From contig NC_043001.1 in assembly GCF_006345805.1 (NCBI RefSeq), positions 10,354,001 through 10,418,000 on the forward strand: a stretch of DNA of 64,000 bases, read 5' to 3'. A program made the translations under genes and the position numbers. Source of the DNA: Octopus sinensis. Its lineage: Eukaryota. The notes beneath the pieces are model-generated. The model did not search any database and was not told where the DNA came from. It saw only the letters and a program-made list of their open reading frames with translations. Every line of letters starts with the position of its first letter. Positions within the stretch are counted from its first letter, which is position 1. This document shows positions 45,484 through 58,159 of this stretch, piece by piece.

Positions 45484-45712
45484 ATCTATTTCTTTACTGC
45501 CCACAAGGGGCTAAACATAGAGTGGACAAACAAGGACAGACAAATGGATTAAGTCGATTACATCGACTCCAGTGTGTAACTGGTACTTAATTTATCGACC
45601 CTGAAAGGATGAAAGGCAAAGTCGACCTCGGCGGAATTTGAACTCAGAATGTAACAGCAGATGAAATACGGCTACACACTTCGCCCAGCATGCTAACGTT
45701 TCTGCCAGCTCA
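45484..45712 (-). mobile_element. SINE F2
   Basis: Reverse complement of the F2 consensus. Confidence 0.8.
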
Positions 45713-46246
45713 AATTAATATCACTATTTGCGTACATATTTCCAAAACCATTTAAAAGGATAAAATTAGTTGTAAATTTTACATTTCAGCTTGTGTTATC
45801 AATCAAATGAGGTAGAACTATGTAGTGTTGATCCAAACCTGATAAATATAATTTGGTATGTTCAGTTTTTGACATGTGGTAAGCATCTTAGCAGTTCTGT
45901 TGCAGTTTTGCTAAACAGCACCTGTTCTAATTAGCCACACAACTCTAGAAATGCAAGCATACACATCCTGTATAAAAATTTTCTAAAATCTATTATAAAA
46001 TTCATTTGATGGCCATCACATTTGGGGGTTTATAGCAATATGTGTTTTATAATTTTTTTAATGAGAATTTTAAATTCATGTAATATGACAAACATTATAT
46101 TTTATATATTTTTTAAATATTTCATTCCGATATATACCTTGTCTTTTACTTAATGTCAGTTTTAAACATACACTATTTTAATATAGCCAAATCGATGATA
46201 TCCATGAAATTCCGATTTTCACGTATATCTCTTGTTTTTATTTCAG

Positions 46247-46378
46247 CACAAGGAAGACAAATGTTTAGAACAAAACCTCAAAATGTATCTGCTATTAAAG
46301 ACCAAACTGTGATATTAAAATGTGAAGTCATGAATCAAAGTGGAAGGATGCAATGGAGCAAAAATGGTTTCGCTTTAG
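46247..46378 (+). CDS. Internal coding exon: N-terminal half of the first Ig domain of a nephrin/Kirre(Neph/IrreC)-like adhesion protein
   Basis: Acceptor cttgtttttatttcag ends at 46246 and donor GTAAGT starts at 46379. The 132-nt exon is phase 1-1 and reads (A)QGRQMFRTKPQNVSAIKDQTVILKCEVMNQSGRMQWSKNGFAL(G). This fits the F..KPQN....G..V.L.C.V....G..QW.K.GFALG pattern of Ig1 in nephrin/Kirre proteins. I cannot separate nephrin/Sns from Neph/Kirre on one exon. Confidence 0.8.
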
Positions 46379-47304
46379 GTAAGTAATTTTCTTTCTTTTG
46401 CCAAATAACATTGTTGTTGACGTGTGTTAGCTAAAATAAGAAACTTCTCTGTTTCGGCTATTTTAGGTATTAATGTTAGGGCAGTTTTATGTTCTTTTAC
46501 AAATGCACCTCAAGTTACTTTAGCTATAAATGTATATTTTTTTTTTCTTTTTTGCTATGTAATTGGTGGTTTTTTTTCTTCTTATTCGTTTGTCTGTCTC
46601 TCTAATTGCATTTTTCTGTTCGCTATTTGTATGTGAAACAACTGAACTTGTAAGTCTTTTTCCACCTCAGTATCTATAGCTTTAATTTAGTCTTTACCTA
46701 TGGGGATACTAAACAGTTTCTGGCATTGAAAAAATTATCTAACTAGGTACCACAAAATCTTGTGCCACTAGTAATAACTAGTTATTGCCCCCAAGATGAC
46801 TTGTGCTATAATGAATAGATAATAATGTGTGTGAATAATAACATCATATTTTCTAACAGTTGATAGATAATACATACATTATACATAAAATTGATGCAAT
46901 TTTCAACAAAGGAATTTCAGTTTTCTTTCTTTTGTTTTTTTTTTTTTTTTTTTTACTTTCTTTGGATTCATACTTTCCAATAAAGCTTTCTTTTGTATTT
47001 CTTTAAATATAAGAAATATTTTCTATCTCAGATAACTTTTTCTGGTGGAATAATTTCTTTTTATTCTGTAGGACAGTTGTTCTGATGACGAACATTTCAA
47101 CTTTATGAATTAATCATTAACATTTTATTACATATGATATTGGACATTACGAGCATTTTGAGACAGAAATCAGCAACGTACCCACCTATTGGATATGAAC
47201 TCCATGTCTGTCATTTGCTAGCTGACAACATTACTAGCAGAGCTATCGTGTGGCCCATCTCTCCTTCTCAAATTAACTACTACAAACTGTTTTTGTTATT
47301 GACC

Positions 47305-47512
47305 CCTCTGGCACCTGTGCAGGTGGCACGTAAAAAGCACCCACTACACTCGCGGAGTGGTTGGCGTTAGGAAGGGCATCCAGCTGTAGAAACACTGCCA
47401 GACCAGACTGGATCCTGGGGCAGCCCCTGGCTCCCCAGACCCCGGTCGAACCGTCCAACCCGTGCTAGCGCGGAAAACGGACGTTAAACGATGATGATGA
47501 TGATGATGATGA
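47305..47512 (+). mobile_element. Repeat family F3
   Basis: Ends acgttaaacg(ATG)n. Confidence 0.7.
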
Positions 47513-47740
47513 CTGCACCTCCAAAACACAATTCTTGGGATATATAGCACGAAAATGGAAAGTTATTCGAAGCCTAAGATATTGAAGTGTCCACAGTTTA
47601 ATGTTTGAAATGGGAAACAAGTCTAATTAAAATTACGAATTAATGGCTAACTATGGCCTTTGTGTTCTTCTCTACCTGCTGTTGGTGATTTTAATTAACA
47701 ATAGCTTTGATTTAGTATGTAAGGTCTTTCAGTGTAAATA

Positions 47741-47801
47741 GTGTTCTCTCACACTCACACACACACACACACACACACTCACACACACACACACACACAC
47801 A

Positions 47802-47842
<41 letters not shown>

Positions 47843-47925
47843 ACACACTCACACACACACACTCACACACACTCACACACACACACACACACACACACCA
47901 CACTCACACACACACACACACACAC

Positions 47926-48003
<78 letters not shown>

Positions 48004-48016
48004 ACACACACACACA
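47741..48016. repeat. (CA)n microsatellite
   Basis: Directly visible. Confidence 0.95.
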
Positions 48017-48148
48017 GCCAGTTGTTCCCAACTATGACTGATCAGTTGTGTTTTAACTAAATTAGTATGAGTTGAAAGTAACCATTCATAATTTTCGGAG
48101 CTCACTAGAATGACATTGCTTTACCTGTTTTGGGGGTCATACATAGGG

Positions 48149-48447
48149 TACAGTTCTATATTTAAAACATGAGGAATTATGTACATTATTTACATTTGAC
48201 AGATATTTGTCCTCATCTTGTTTGTTGTTAACATGTTTCGGCTGATATACCCTCCAGCCTTCATCAGGTGTCTTGGGGAAATTTCAAACCTGGGTTCTCA
48301 TTCCTAAGGTATTTTTTCGATGTTGTTGTTGTTGTTATTATTATTATTATTATTTACCACTATGCCATATGCCCGTGGGCTTATGGCATGGTGGTTAAGA
48401 GCGCAGGCTACTAACCCCAAGATTCTGAGTTTGATTCCAGGCAGTGA

Positions 48448-48492
<45 letters not shown>

Positions 48493-48612
48493 CAACATCG
48501 AAAAAATACCTTAGGAATGAGAACCCAGGTTCGAAATTTCCCTAAAACACCTGATGAAGGCTGGAGGGTATATCAGCCGAAATCTGTTAACAACAAATGT
48601 AAATAATGTTCA
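48149..48612 (+). mobile_element. Family A copy preceded by an inverted copy of its own 3' body
   Basis: Inverted arm at ~48149-48325, tRNA-like head at ~48371-48451, (AAT)n, and a plus-strand body at ~48494-48612 with ctgatga at 48551-48557 and gaaa at 48579-48582. Confidence 0.7.
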
Positions 48613-48632
48613 TACATTATTTACTATACCAA

Positions 48633-48890
48633 AGCCTTGTGAGTGGATTTGGTAGAAGGAAACTGAAAAGAAGCCCGTCGAATATATGTATATATATGTG
48701 TGTGTGTGTGTGTGTTTGTCCCCCTAGCATTGCTTGACAACCGATGCTGGTGTGTTTATGTCCCCGTCACTTAGCGGTTCAGCAAAAGAGACTAGGCTTA
48801 CAAAAGAATAAGTCCCGGGGTCGAGTTACTCGATTAAAGGCGGTGCTCCAGCATGGCCGCAGTCAAATGACTGAAACAAGTAAAAGAAAA
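48633..48890 (+). mobile_element. SINE F1, 5'-truncated
   Basis: Body and tail of F1. Confidence 0.75.
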
Positions 48891-49814
48891 AAAAATAGGG
48901 TGTTGTAAAAATCTGTAGATATTAGTTTCTTTTGTTGCTTTTTTTTTCTTTTTTTGGCTTTCTACCCACTTTGACAGAGGGTGGCAATTGCATCTATGGA
49001 GAGATGTCAGTGTGTCTCAAACATTTGTGGAAATTTATAGTCAGTATTTACAAGGAAAAAGATCCACAGGTTTATATTTTGTTGATCCCTCATGGATCTA
49101 AGGCAAAGTTGATCCTTGCAATATCTGAAATTTCACTGTTGAAAGATGAAACTTAAGACTGCAAAAATCTTTATGGAACATCTTTGATCATGCATCATAT
49201 TCATCAGGAATAACATGTTGAACATGCAGCCTCCATGTTCAGATTTGGTTAGCATGAGTCATTGAGCTTCTGTTTCTCTCTCCTTACTGCAAAGGTAATT
49301 TTTAATTCACTGAATATTTTTTTTTTTTTTGCTCATAACATCAGTCCTGTTGGCACTCATTCGATTTATTGTTTCGTGCTGATGATGTGAATTTAAATTA
49401 CCAATCAACTATTGTTAATATACTACCTTTAATAGTATCAAATAATAGATTCATTAGTGAACATCTGCAGTGTTTAACTTCTATATTTTCACCCTTGTCT
49501 TGTCTGGGCATGCTAACAAATTTAGTTGTTATTTACTAAATATAATGAATTAAATTTATATGCTAATTAATTCTGTTAATAAATTGTTTCTATAAATTCA
49601 CGAGTAAACATCTGCAGATGTTAATCTTCAATTTCTTACATAATGATTATATTAAATCTTGAATGTCTTTAAGTTGGTATCTATGTCACTGTATTTTTCG
49701 TTTTTACGTGAATTTTAGCAAATGCAGTTTGTTATTTATTACCATATGAGATCCGATCCAAAAATATCAGGAATGGTGCTATGAAAAGAAAACCACAACA
49801 CGTATCAGTTCGAA

Positions 49815-50008
49815 CTTTAATCTCCTTTGAAGTAGTCCTCTTCTGAAGGCACACGCTTTATCTTTATCCAGCATCATTTCCATTGATGGAAGCATTCTTG
49901 GAACTCCCTTTTTTGAGATAGGGAGCAGCTGCCTTGTCACATTCTCTTGGATTTCTGCAGTGTCTTGAAATCTCGTTCCTTTCAAGTAGGATTCGATGTT
50001 TTCCATAT
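49815..50008 (-). mobile_element. Mariner transposase C-terminal remnant
   Basis: The minus strand reads ENIESYLKGTRFQDTAEIQENVTRQLLPISKK, then after a frameshift FQECFHQWK*CW...EDYFKGD, the typical mariner C-terminus. Confidence 0.7.
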
Positions 50009-50397
50009 ATGCACTGATATGTGCACACACACACACACACATGCATGTACACACACATGCACGTACACACACATGCACGTACACACACATGCACGTACAC
50101 ACACATGCATGTACACACACATGCACGTGCACACACTTCACTTCCAAACACTGCTATAAACAACACGAAGTGAGCAAGAACATAACAAGTTAGTATGCAT
50201 GTGTGTCAGAGTTCAAGATGAATCTGTGCCAAGGGCTTCACTCTGCATACTTTAGATTCGTTACCATAGCAGCAGTCTGGATACTTTTTGATCAGCCCTC
50301 ATGTAATTTCATGTCTATGTTATTATATAAGTAACTTTGAGTCTCTATTACTAATTATTGTTGCTAATAGCCTTCAAAAGAGCAACAGTGTTAGTTT

Positions 50398-50730
50398 TAC
50401 AGTTCTATATTTAAGAAATGAGGAATTATGAACATTATTTACATTTGACAGATATTTGTCCTAATCTTGTTTGTTGTAAACACAACGTTTCGGCTGATAT
50501 ACCCTCCATGCTTCATCAGGTGTCTTGGGGAAATTTCGAACCTATGTTCTCATTACTAAGATGTTTTACGATATTATTATTATTATTATTATTATTATCA
50601 TTATTATCAATAATAAATAAATAAATAAAGAAAGAAAGAATTAAATTATTATTATTATTCAAGTCACTGCCTGGAATTGAACTCGGAATCTTGGGGTTAG
50701 TAGCCTGCGCTCTTAACCACAATGCCATGT
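50398..50730 (-). mobile_element. Family A: tRNA-headed SINE with an HHR-bearing 3' body (single copy, no inverted arm)
   Basis: The minus strand reads: head tggcattgtggttaagagcgcaggctactaaccccaagattccgagttcaattccaggcagtgac (A and B boxes), an (AAT)n spacer, then a body with AAGACAC-CTGATGA-A...CAGCC-GAAAC-GTT-GTGTTT, ending ...atatagaactgta. Confidence 0.7.
50478..50525 (-). ncRNA. Minimal HHR motif (family A); core intact, stem II carries two substitutions
   Basis: AGACAC-CTGATGA-A-GCATG(gagggtatat)CAGCC-GAAA-C-GTT-GTGTTT. Other copies have GGCTG, which pairs fully with CAGCC. Confidence 0.55.
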
Positions 50731-52111
50731 GTTAGCTTCGTTGAATGAAACTTCCATGCAATAACGATTTATTTGTGCGGTTTAGGAGATCTCTTCATAA
50801 CCTCATGGTTCTAGGTTCAATCCCAAAACACAATAAATCTGACATAGTCAAATGCCAACTTACGCCATGTGAATGAAATTAGGTGCATGGAAGCTTATCA
50901 CATGATAAGCTGGGGGTGAAGTAGGGATCTTCTCTTTCCTCCACCCATGCCTTTCTCATAACCTGTAAATGTCATGAGTGCTGCCCTTCCGCCTGGCTGA
51001 TCCTTAAAATGTCATTAAATCTTAGAAACATTTCTATTAGCTTTTTCATATTTATCTCAAAACCCAAAAGCGGCTCCTGATTAGCTTTCATTTCTTAAGT
51101 TATCTCCAATTTCTGTATATGCACTTACAAACCTCTGTACATTTATATTATTCCATAGTTATCATTGCCTCCTGAAATAACGATCAATAGTTTATTTTTT
51201 TCATGGTTTCAACCTTGCATTCTTTGGGCTAAGAATTTCTTCCTTTCTCTTGGTTTTTTACCATGTTTGTTAGGTTGAAATAGGAGAATTTTTAATTTGA
51301 ATACATAGGTTTTTATACAGGTTTTAATTTTTGCTTTATATATTTATTTGTACCAGGTTTTTGAACTTGTTTCCTGGGATTTTTTTTTTCTTTTCTCTCT
51401 TTCCTTAGAAGGGCATTTCATACTGTTAATTAGATTTAATATCTACATTATACTTCACGTTAATTTCATTATATTGTTATGACTTTTTAAAATTTAATTT
51501 CAGAGTACATATTTAGTTAATACTCACATAGAAAAGTTCAGTTACATTTATATTAATGAAACTGGACAATTAATATAATCAGTCTATGATTATATTTATT
51601 TATAAATCAGTTATTTTCTTATTTGCTAAAATATTCTGTAATTAATATACACTTGTTCATTCTCTGGAATGTTCTCTGTAGAGTTCAACATCCCCAACAT
51701 CTTTTGCCACTAACGTGCAACGCAGGCTTAATACCTTTCAACTCAATCCATTATATTATATTATATATATTCATGTGAAAACAAAAAAAAGGAAAGATGG
51801 TGATATTTGTGGCAAACACTTCCTCCTCCCTCTCTTCCCTCTCTCTCCCTCTCCTTCTCTCTCATATGCGTCTGTGTATGCATATATGATGTGACACATC
51901 TACTGCAGTAGCGTGTGCAGCCCTCTTGCTCACAGTATGCTGCTGCTCGCTAATCCATGCGGCGAAGTAGTAAGCAAACAGGGTGTGTGAGACTCCCCTA
52001 CCTACATGCAGTTTCTTCCTCATCAAAACTTCTCTGAGCCTTCTTGCAGATGCTCTGTGGGGCCACAAGCTAATTTGACATAGGAACTTAGAGCAGTAGT
52101 AGATCTAAATG

Positions 52112-52341
52112 AGGCAGAAGCTGGCAGAAACGTTAGCATGCTGGGCAAAATACTTAGCGGTATTTCATCTGCCACTACGTTCTGAGTTCAGACTCCGCTG
52201 AGGTTGACTTAGCCTTTCATCCTTCGGGGTCGATTAAATAAGTACCAGTTACACACTGGGGTTGATGTAATCGACTTAATCCCTTTGTCTGTCCTTGTTT
52301 GTTCCCTCTATGTTTAGCCCCTTGTGGGCAATAAAGTAATA
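52112..52341 (+). mobile_element. SINE F2 with TSD
   Basis: AGATCTAA(A/G)TG duplicated at ~52101 and ~52342. Confidence 0.8.
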
Positions 52342-52631
52342 AGATCTAAGTGAGGCAGTGCACTTGATGACCCTGATAGATGTGCTCTGACACCTACCAT
52401 CTCCCTGCTGTCTTGTTGAAAGAAAAAAACTAAGGGAGTAGATGCTGAAAGTAAAAATAAACTGTGGTGATCTGCTTTAATTTAGTTTGCCAACAGATGC
52501 AGGATTTCTGGCATCCTCTTGCAGCTAAGAAGAGGTAGCACATCTTCAGTTTCCTCACTTTTGATGGTTTGTGGTCAGTGTAGCAGTCATGATTCTCTGT
52601 TTAGTCATGTGGGCTGCATCCTCTGTTACAG

Positions 52632-52980
52632 ACACAATATGTTCTGAATACCATTTTGGTGTGTGTGCCACACCGTCAAAACTGTCTGACAACGTGTATA
52701 ACATATTTTGGTATAAACAAAATTACCAGAATATTATGAATTATATAATTTATAAATTTTGCCTAATAGTGTAAAGCCAATGAGACAGCTTCTATAGAGT
52801 TACTCAACCTGCTAAAAACAGCAGCTAAATCTTAAGTTGCACACCACCCTCTGTGAAAAAGCACATTGAATGATGTGGTCCTAATTTCCTTGCCCCAGCA
52901 TGGCCACAGCTCGTGAGCTGAAACTAGATGAAATAAAAAAAAATAGAAAGAGATGGGAGGGTCACGACTGAAATGTCTTC
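52632..52980 (+). repeat. Local duplicated segment, copy 1
   Basis: caatatgttctgaataccattttggtgtgtgtgccacaccgtcaaaactgtctgac... is repeated at ~54527-54830. Confidence 0.8.
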
Positions 52981-53695
52981 AACGAGTACAGTTTAGACGG
53001 TCATCATCAATTTCAAACAGTCAGCTATAAACATGTAGACATGTGCACGTGTAGGTCCCTTTTTCTACACTAGCCTAGGTTAGACAAATGTATTTTGGGA
53101 TCGTTTTCTTTTGACATCTAGATGCCCTTCATGTTGCTGTTCTTCACCCATTTCCTGAGTAAGGAAGCTCTTACTTCACATGTCTTTGAAGGCATGAAGC
53201 AAGTGGGTGATTTGTTGGCTGAAATGATGACAATAAAACCATCGGTCACAGCAAAGCAACTTTCTTAGATAATAAATATAAACAAGCATACACACAAACT
53301 CATATAATTGACTTCTTTCAGCTTCTGTCTATCGAATCCACTCACAAGTTTTTGGTTGGACCAGGATTATAGAATGGTCCTGTGCTGTGAAACTGTACCA
53401 AAGCCTTGTGGTTGAGAAGTGCCATTCTGGCATTTATATCCATTTATCCATCTATGTCTGTCTGTCTGTGTGTCCATCTATACACCTAACTTTCATCAGC
53501 ATTTTACATACACTTTTTATGCTGGCATGAGTTGTACCAGTCATGTTTAACGTGGACACTTACTTGAGGTCAGATGACCATGTGTTGCACATAAATTCTA
53601 TTTTTGGTTTGGTTTCTATGGCTGGATGCTCTTCCTAACGAACACAAACATGCATGCACACACACACACTCTCATAAGCTGTCATAAATAATACC

Positions 53696-53928
53696 TATTT
53701 TTTAACTACCCACAAGGGGCTAAACACAGAGGGGACAAACAAGGACAGAAACACAGATTAAATCGATTACATCGACCCCAGTGCATAACTGGTACTTAAT
53801 TTATCGACCCCGAAAGGATGAAAGGCAAAGTCAACCTTGGTGGAATTTGAACTCAGAACGTAACAGCAGACGAAATACCGCTAAGCATTTCGCCTGGCGT
53901 GCTAACGTGTCTGCCAGCTCGCCACCTT
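53696..53928 (-). mobile_element. SINE F2 with 16-bp TSD
   Basis: TSD TGTCATAAATAATACC at 53680-53695 and 53929-53944. Confidence 0.85.
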
Positions 53929-54526
53929 TGTCATAAATAATACCAATTTGGTTTTCTCTAATTAATCCTCTTCTTCCCCATCTGACTATTTAAAACATTA
54001 AGGCAGACTAACACAGATTATTGCCATGGTTTTTATCTAAAAAAATGGACCAAGAATTGTGGTCAAAGGTTAATGTATATAATTAGTTTCCATTTGCTCT
54101 TGCAGTTTCCTGTTGAAACATCCTTTAAATAATTCAACTTATCACTTTGAACAATATTAACTACAATGCCATTTTAAAAAAACTGGTCTTTCTACCTGGT
54201 TTAGGTAAACACACACACACACATACCAATCAATGAGCCAATGAGGGAGCCAGAAATAGCAGCTACGTTACCCTTGTATCATTTCTGTCTCTCTGGAAAA
54301 AAGGAATAGATGTATATGTCATGGCTTGAACACTTTTGATCACAAGTCGTCTTGATCAGAGTTGACCTGGGGTTAAAAAAACAACATTGCGTCAAATTAA
54401 GAAATCAGTAATCACATGGGGTGAACATTCTATCTTTGATTACTAACCATTTTTAATGAATCTTATTTAATGAAGTTTTGTGTGCTCTCTGATCTTTCAT
54501 TCCATCTTACACAATGGCAAACAAAT

Positions 54527-54830
54527 GCAATATGCTCTGAATACCATTTTGGTGTGTGTGCCACACCGTCAAAACTGTCTGACAATGTGTATAACATATT
54601 TTGGTATAATCTAAATTACCAGAATATTATGCATTATAAAATCTATAAATTTTGCCTAATAGCGTTAAGTCAATGAGACAGCCTATATACGGTTACTTAA
54701 CCTGCTAAAAATAGCAGCCAAATCTCAAGTTGTACACAACTATTTTTGAAAAGAGCTTATTGGTTAATGTTTTTCTGAGTTCCATGTGCAATAGAAAAAA
54801 GACAGGAGGGTCATTACTGAAATGGCTTTA
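54527..54830 (+). repeat. Local duplicated segment, copy 2
   Basis: Direct-orientation homologue of 52632-52980. Confidence 0.8.
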
Positions 54831-56317
54831 ATCACAGGTTTACTCCATCAGGACCAACCTGGGGCTGAACAGTAACAAAAACAGCCACCTAAATGTGTGA
54901 TAAACTATAATAAACCTTGTCTGCTTTTACAGAGTTCTTGGTGGTTATTCAGCACCAGCATCAGCTTACTAAAAGATGCCTTAAAAATTGTGCTTTTTCC
55001 CTTTTGTACTTTTAACATTTTCAAAAGTCAAATAACAATACCAAGAGTTCTTTATTGTTCACCACAACTTAGTGCTTATTTCTGAATCTTTTATAAATGG
55101 AATAAACTATATTCCAAAGCAATCTAAAACTTAAAAATAAATGAAACTGTTAAAATATTGATGTATGTAGCTTGAGGTGACACAGAGCCTGTTATATTAT
55201 TGGAAAATTATACAACTTAGTGCACTTATTTTGAAAAAAATTGCACATATTCTTCCATCAAGTATAAAAATACTCCTTCAAATATTCTCTACTCGACCCT
55301 AGAGAAATTTTAAAACTTATAAGATATTTTTATTTTTGTATTTCACTTACATCCCTATACTATTTTTCATTTGAAAGAGTTTTTTCACATTTGCCTGTTC
55401 TGCATAGCAAAACATTTGTGTTAAAAACTACTAATTTAAAAAAATAATTGCCCTAATTTTCCTTTTTTTAAATTATATAGTAAAATTTCTTAGAGTACAG
55501 TTCTGAATTAATAGAGCAATTATTTTTAAAGAATATAATTATAGTTTGATAATTTAAAAAAGAATTCATGACTTAAGATTTCTTTTGTTTCTTCAATAAA
55601 TGATGCTATTTTATCTGCTCCTCCCTGACCATTTTAAACTCAATTTTGGATTATAAAAGGTAATAATGAACTTATTGTATACAGTGCTCAGGTGCACTAT
55701 AAATTACTATACTTGTTCTATGGGAGTTATTGATTAACAACGGTAATTTGTTGAGTAATATGAGAATTAGGCTATATTTTTAAGGCAAGATAGATTTAAC
55801 TAATGTTCTGGACCTAATTATTTCATACAGTATAATTCTTGTGGTGTATATATATACTTGAGAAGGACAATTTGTTGTGGAAATGGTAATCATTCTTGTC
55901 AGTTTTGTCACTGTACTGTTATGCATATAATTATATTAGTGCCTTTCATCTGTGTTTTGGCAAATAACTATAGGAAAGGACAATTCACAGAATTCAGATA
56001 CAAAACTAAAAATATTGATATAAAAGTAATATCGGAAAAGGAGTGCTGCTTATACAAGTCAAATATAATACATTCCATTTTCAGCTAATGTACCATTTAC
56101 TACCATTCTCTCTACCTGATCATTCCACTGTACTTTTCTACACAATTCCATTCTATTCTCACACATTTATCATCCCTTCTCTAAGAAAGGAGTTCTGTCT
56201 GAAGTATTGGAATAACCAATCTACTTTCCTCACAGACTTATTCGATTTTCAACATTTTTTGGAACAGATTTTTCGCTTACAGAAATCACCTCTAGTTTCC
56301 TTTAAATGATATCTCGT

Positions 56318-56703
56318 TTACTCTTTTACTTGTGTCAGTCATTTGACTGTGGCCATGCTGGAGCACCGCCTTTAGTTGAGCAAACTGACCCCAGGACTTA
56401 TTCTTTGTAAGCCTAGTACTTATTCTATCGGTCTCTTTTGCCAAACCAATAAGTTACGGGGATATATACACACTAGCATCGGTTGTCAAGTGATGTTGGG
56501 GGGGAACAAATGCACACACACACACACATACATATGTACGATGGGCTTCTTTCAGTTTCCTTCTACCAAATCCACTCACAAGGCCTTGGTCGGCCCAAGG
56601 CTATAGTAGAAGACACTTGCCCAAGGTGCCATGCAGTGGGACTGAACCCGGAACCACGTGGTTGGTAAGCAAGCCACTTACCACACAGCCACTCCTATGC
56701 CTA
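56318..56703 (-). mobile_element. SINE F1
   Basis: Full-length homologue. Confidence 0.8.
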
Positions 56704-56904
56704 TATCTTAACTTGATTCATGCTGGATGCTACTGGAATGTTGCTTACACTAAAAGATGCCTTAAAAATTGTGCTTTTAGAAACTAGAAATTAAGTGTGC
56801 AGTAAGAAACATTTGTAGCATAATTTAAAGGATTTGGAGTCTGTTAATACCATTCAATACCATTTTTGTTTTATGGTTACTTCTTTTGCCTGGCTGCTGA
56901 TAAC

Positions 56905-57217
56905 ATAACTTTACATGTGCCGGTGGCACATAAAAAGCACCATCCAAACGTGGCCGATGCCAGCGCTGCCTTGACTAGCTTCCATGCCGGTGGCATGTAA
57001 AAAGCACCAAGCGATCATGGCCGTTGCCAGCCTTGCCTGGCACGTAAAAAGTACTCACTACACTCACGGAGTGATTAGCGTTAGGAAGGGCATCCATCTG
57101 TAGAAACACTGCCAGCTCAGACTGGAGCCTGGTGCAGCCTTCTGGCTTCCCAGATCCCGGTTGAACTGTCCAACCCATGCTAGCAAGGATAACGGACGTT
57201 AAACGATGATGATGATG
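56905..57217 (+). mobile_element. Repeat family F3
   Basis: Ends acgttaaacgatgatgatg. Confidence 0.7.
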
Positions 57218-58159
57218 GAATATGTTGTATTACTCACTGGAAAAAATAAGAACCATAGCCAGGGTTTTAACAGTGTAGTGTATAGTTATGAGCAAGGATA
57301 GAATGGATGTTAACTTATATAGAGAAGATTCCAAATGCTATATGAAGCAGTTTTCTTGGTTAAGATGTTTTCAGAATTATAAAATTGCATTAGAAAAAAT
57401 ACAAATATATAGAAGAGTTTAGAAATTGAAAATTACTATTAATTCATTGTTGTGCATGTGAAGTTAATTAAAACCACAATTCGTATAAGAATTTATGTAA
57501 GCTTTCAATTTAAAATGTTGTAAAATATGGTGTAGCATAATAATTGACGTTTAGCATATGCAGAAATTTCAACACATTCTGTAATACACACAAACATAGT
57601 CGCACACACACACACACTCAGTCACACACATCTCTATCATGTCTACTTTCCTTGAGAGCAGAGATTGCACAAACTGTCGTGATCTGAGTTGTTATTCAAA
57701 GTTATTGTTCTACAGGACAGGTCAGGGCACCGTATCAAGCTTGTATGCTTCATTATATACATGGGTTTTACAGCTGATATTTTCTCTTCGTGTGGATATA
57801 TTACCTTACTTGGAACCAGGTGAGGACTGGTGACAGGAAGGGTGCCCTGCTGTAGAAAATCCACCTCAACAAATCCCATCTAACTTCATGTAAGGATGAA
57901 AAAGTGGGCATTAAAACAATGATTTTTATATATACACATATATGCTAGCATGGAAAGCGGACGTTAAATGATGATGATGATGATGATGATATATATATAT
58001 TTAAGTAGGTGAATGAATTATCCTATGTTTATCGTCAGCATGGAAAATTCATTTAACCGAAACCTGGGTAGCAAATTCATGTCAGAAACACAGTTGAAGC
58101 GACCTGTCAAGGGTAGAAACTCCGGGTTCATGTGCAGAAATTTGTGTGTTGTATATGAA

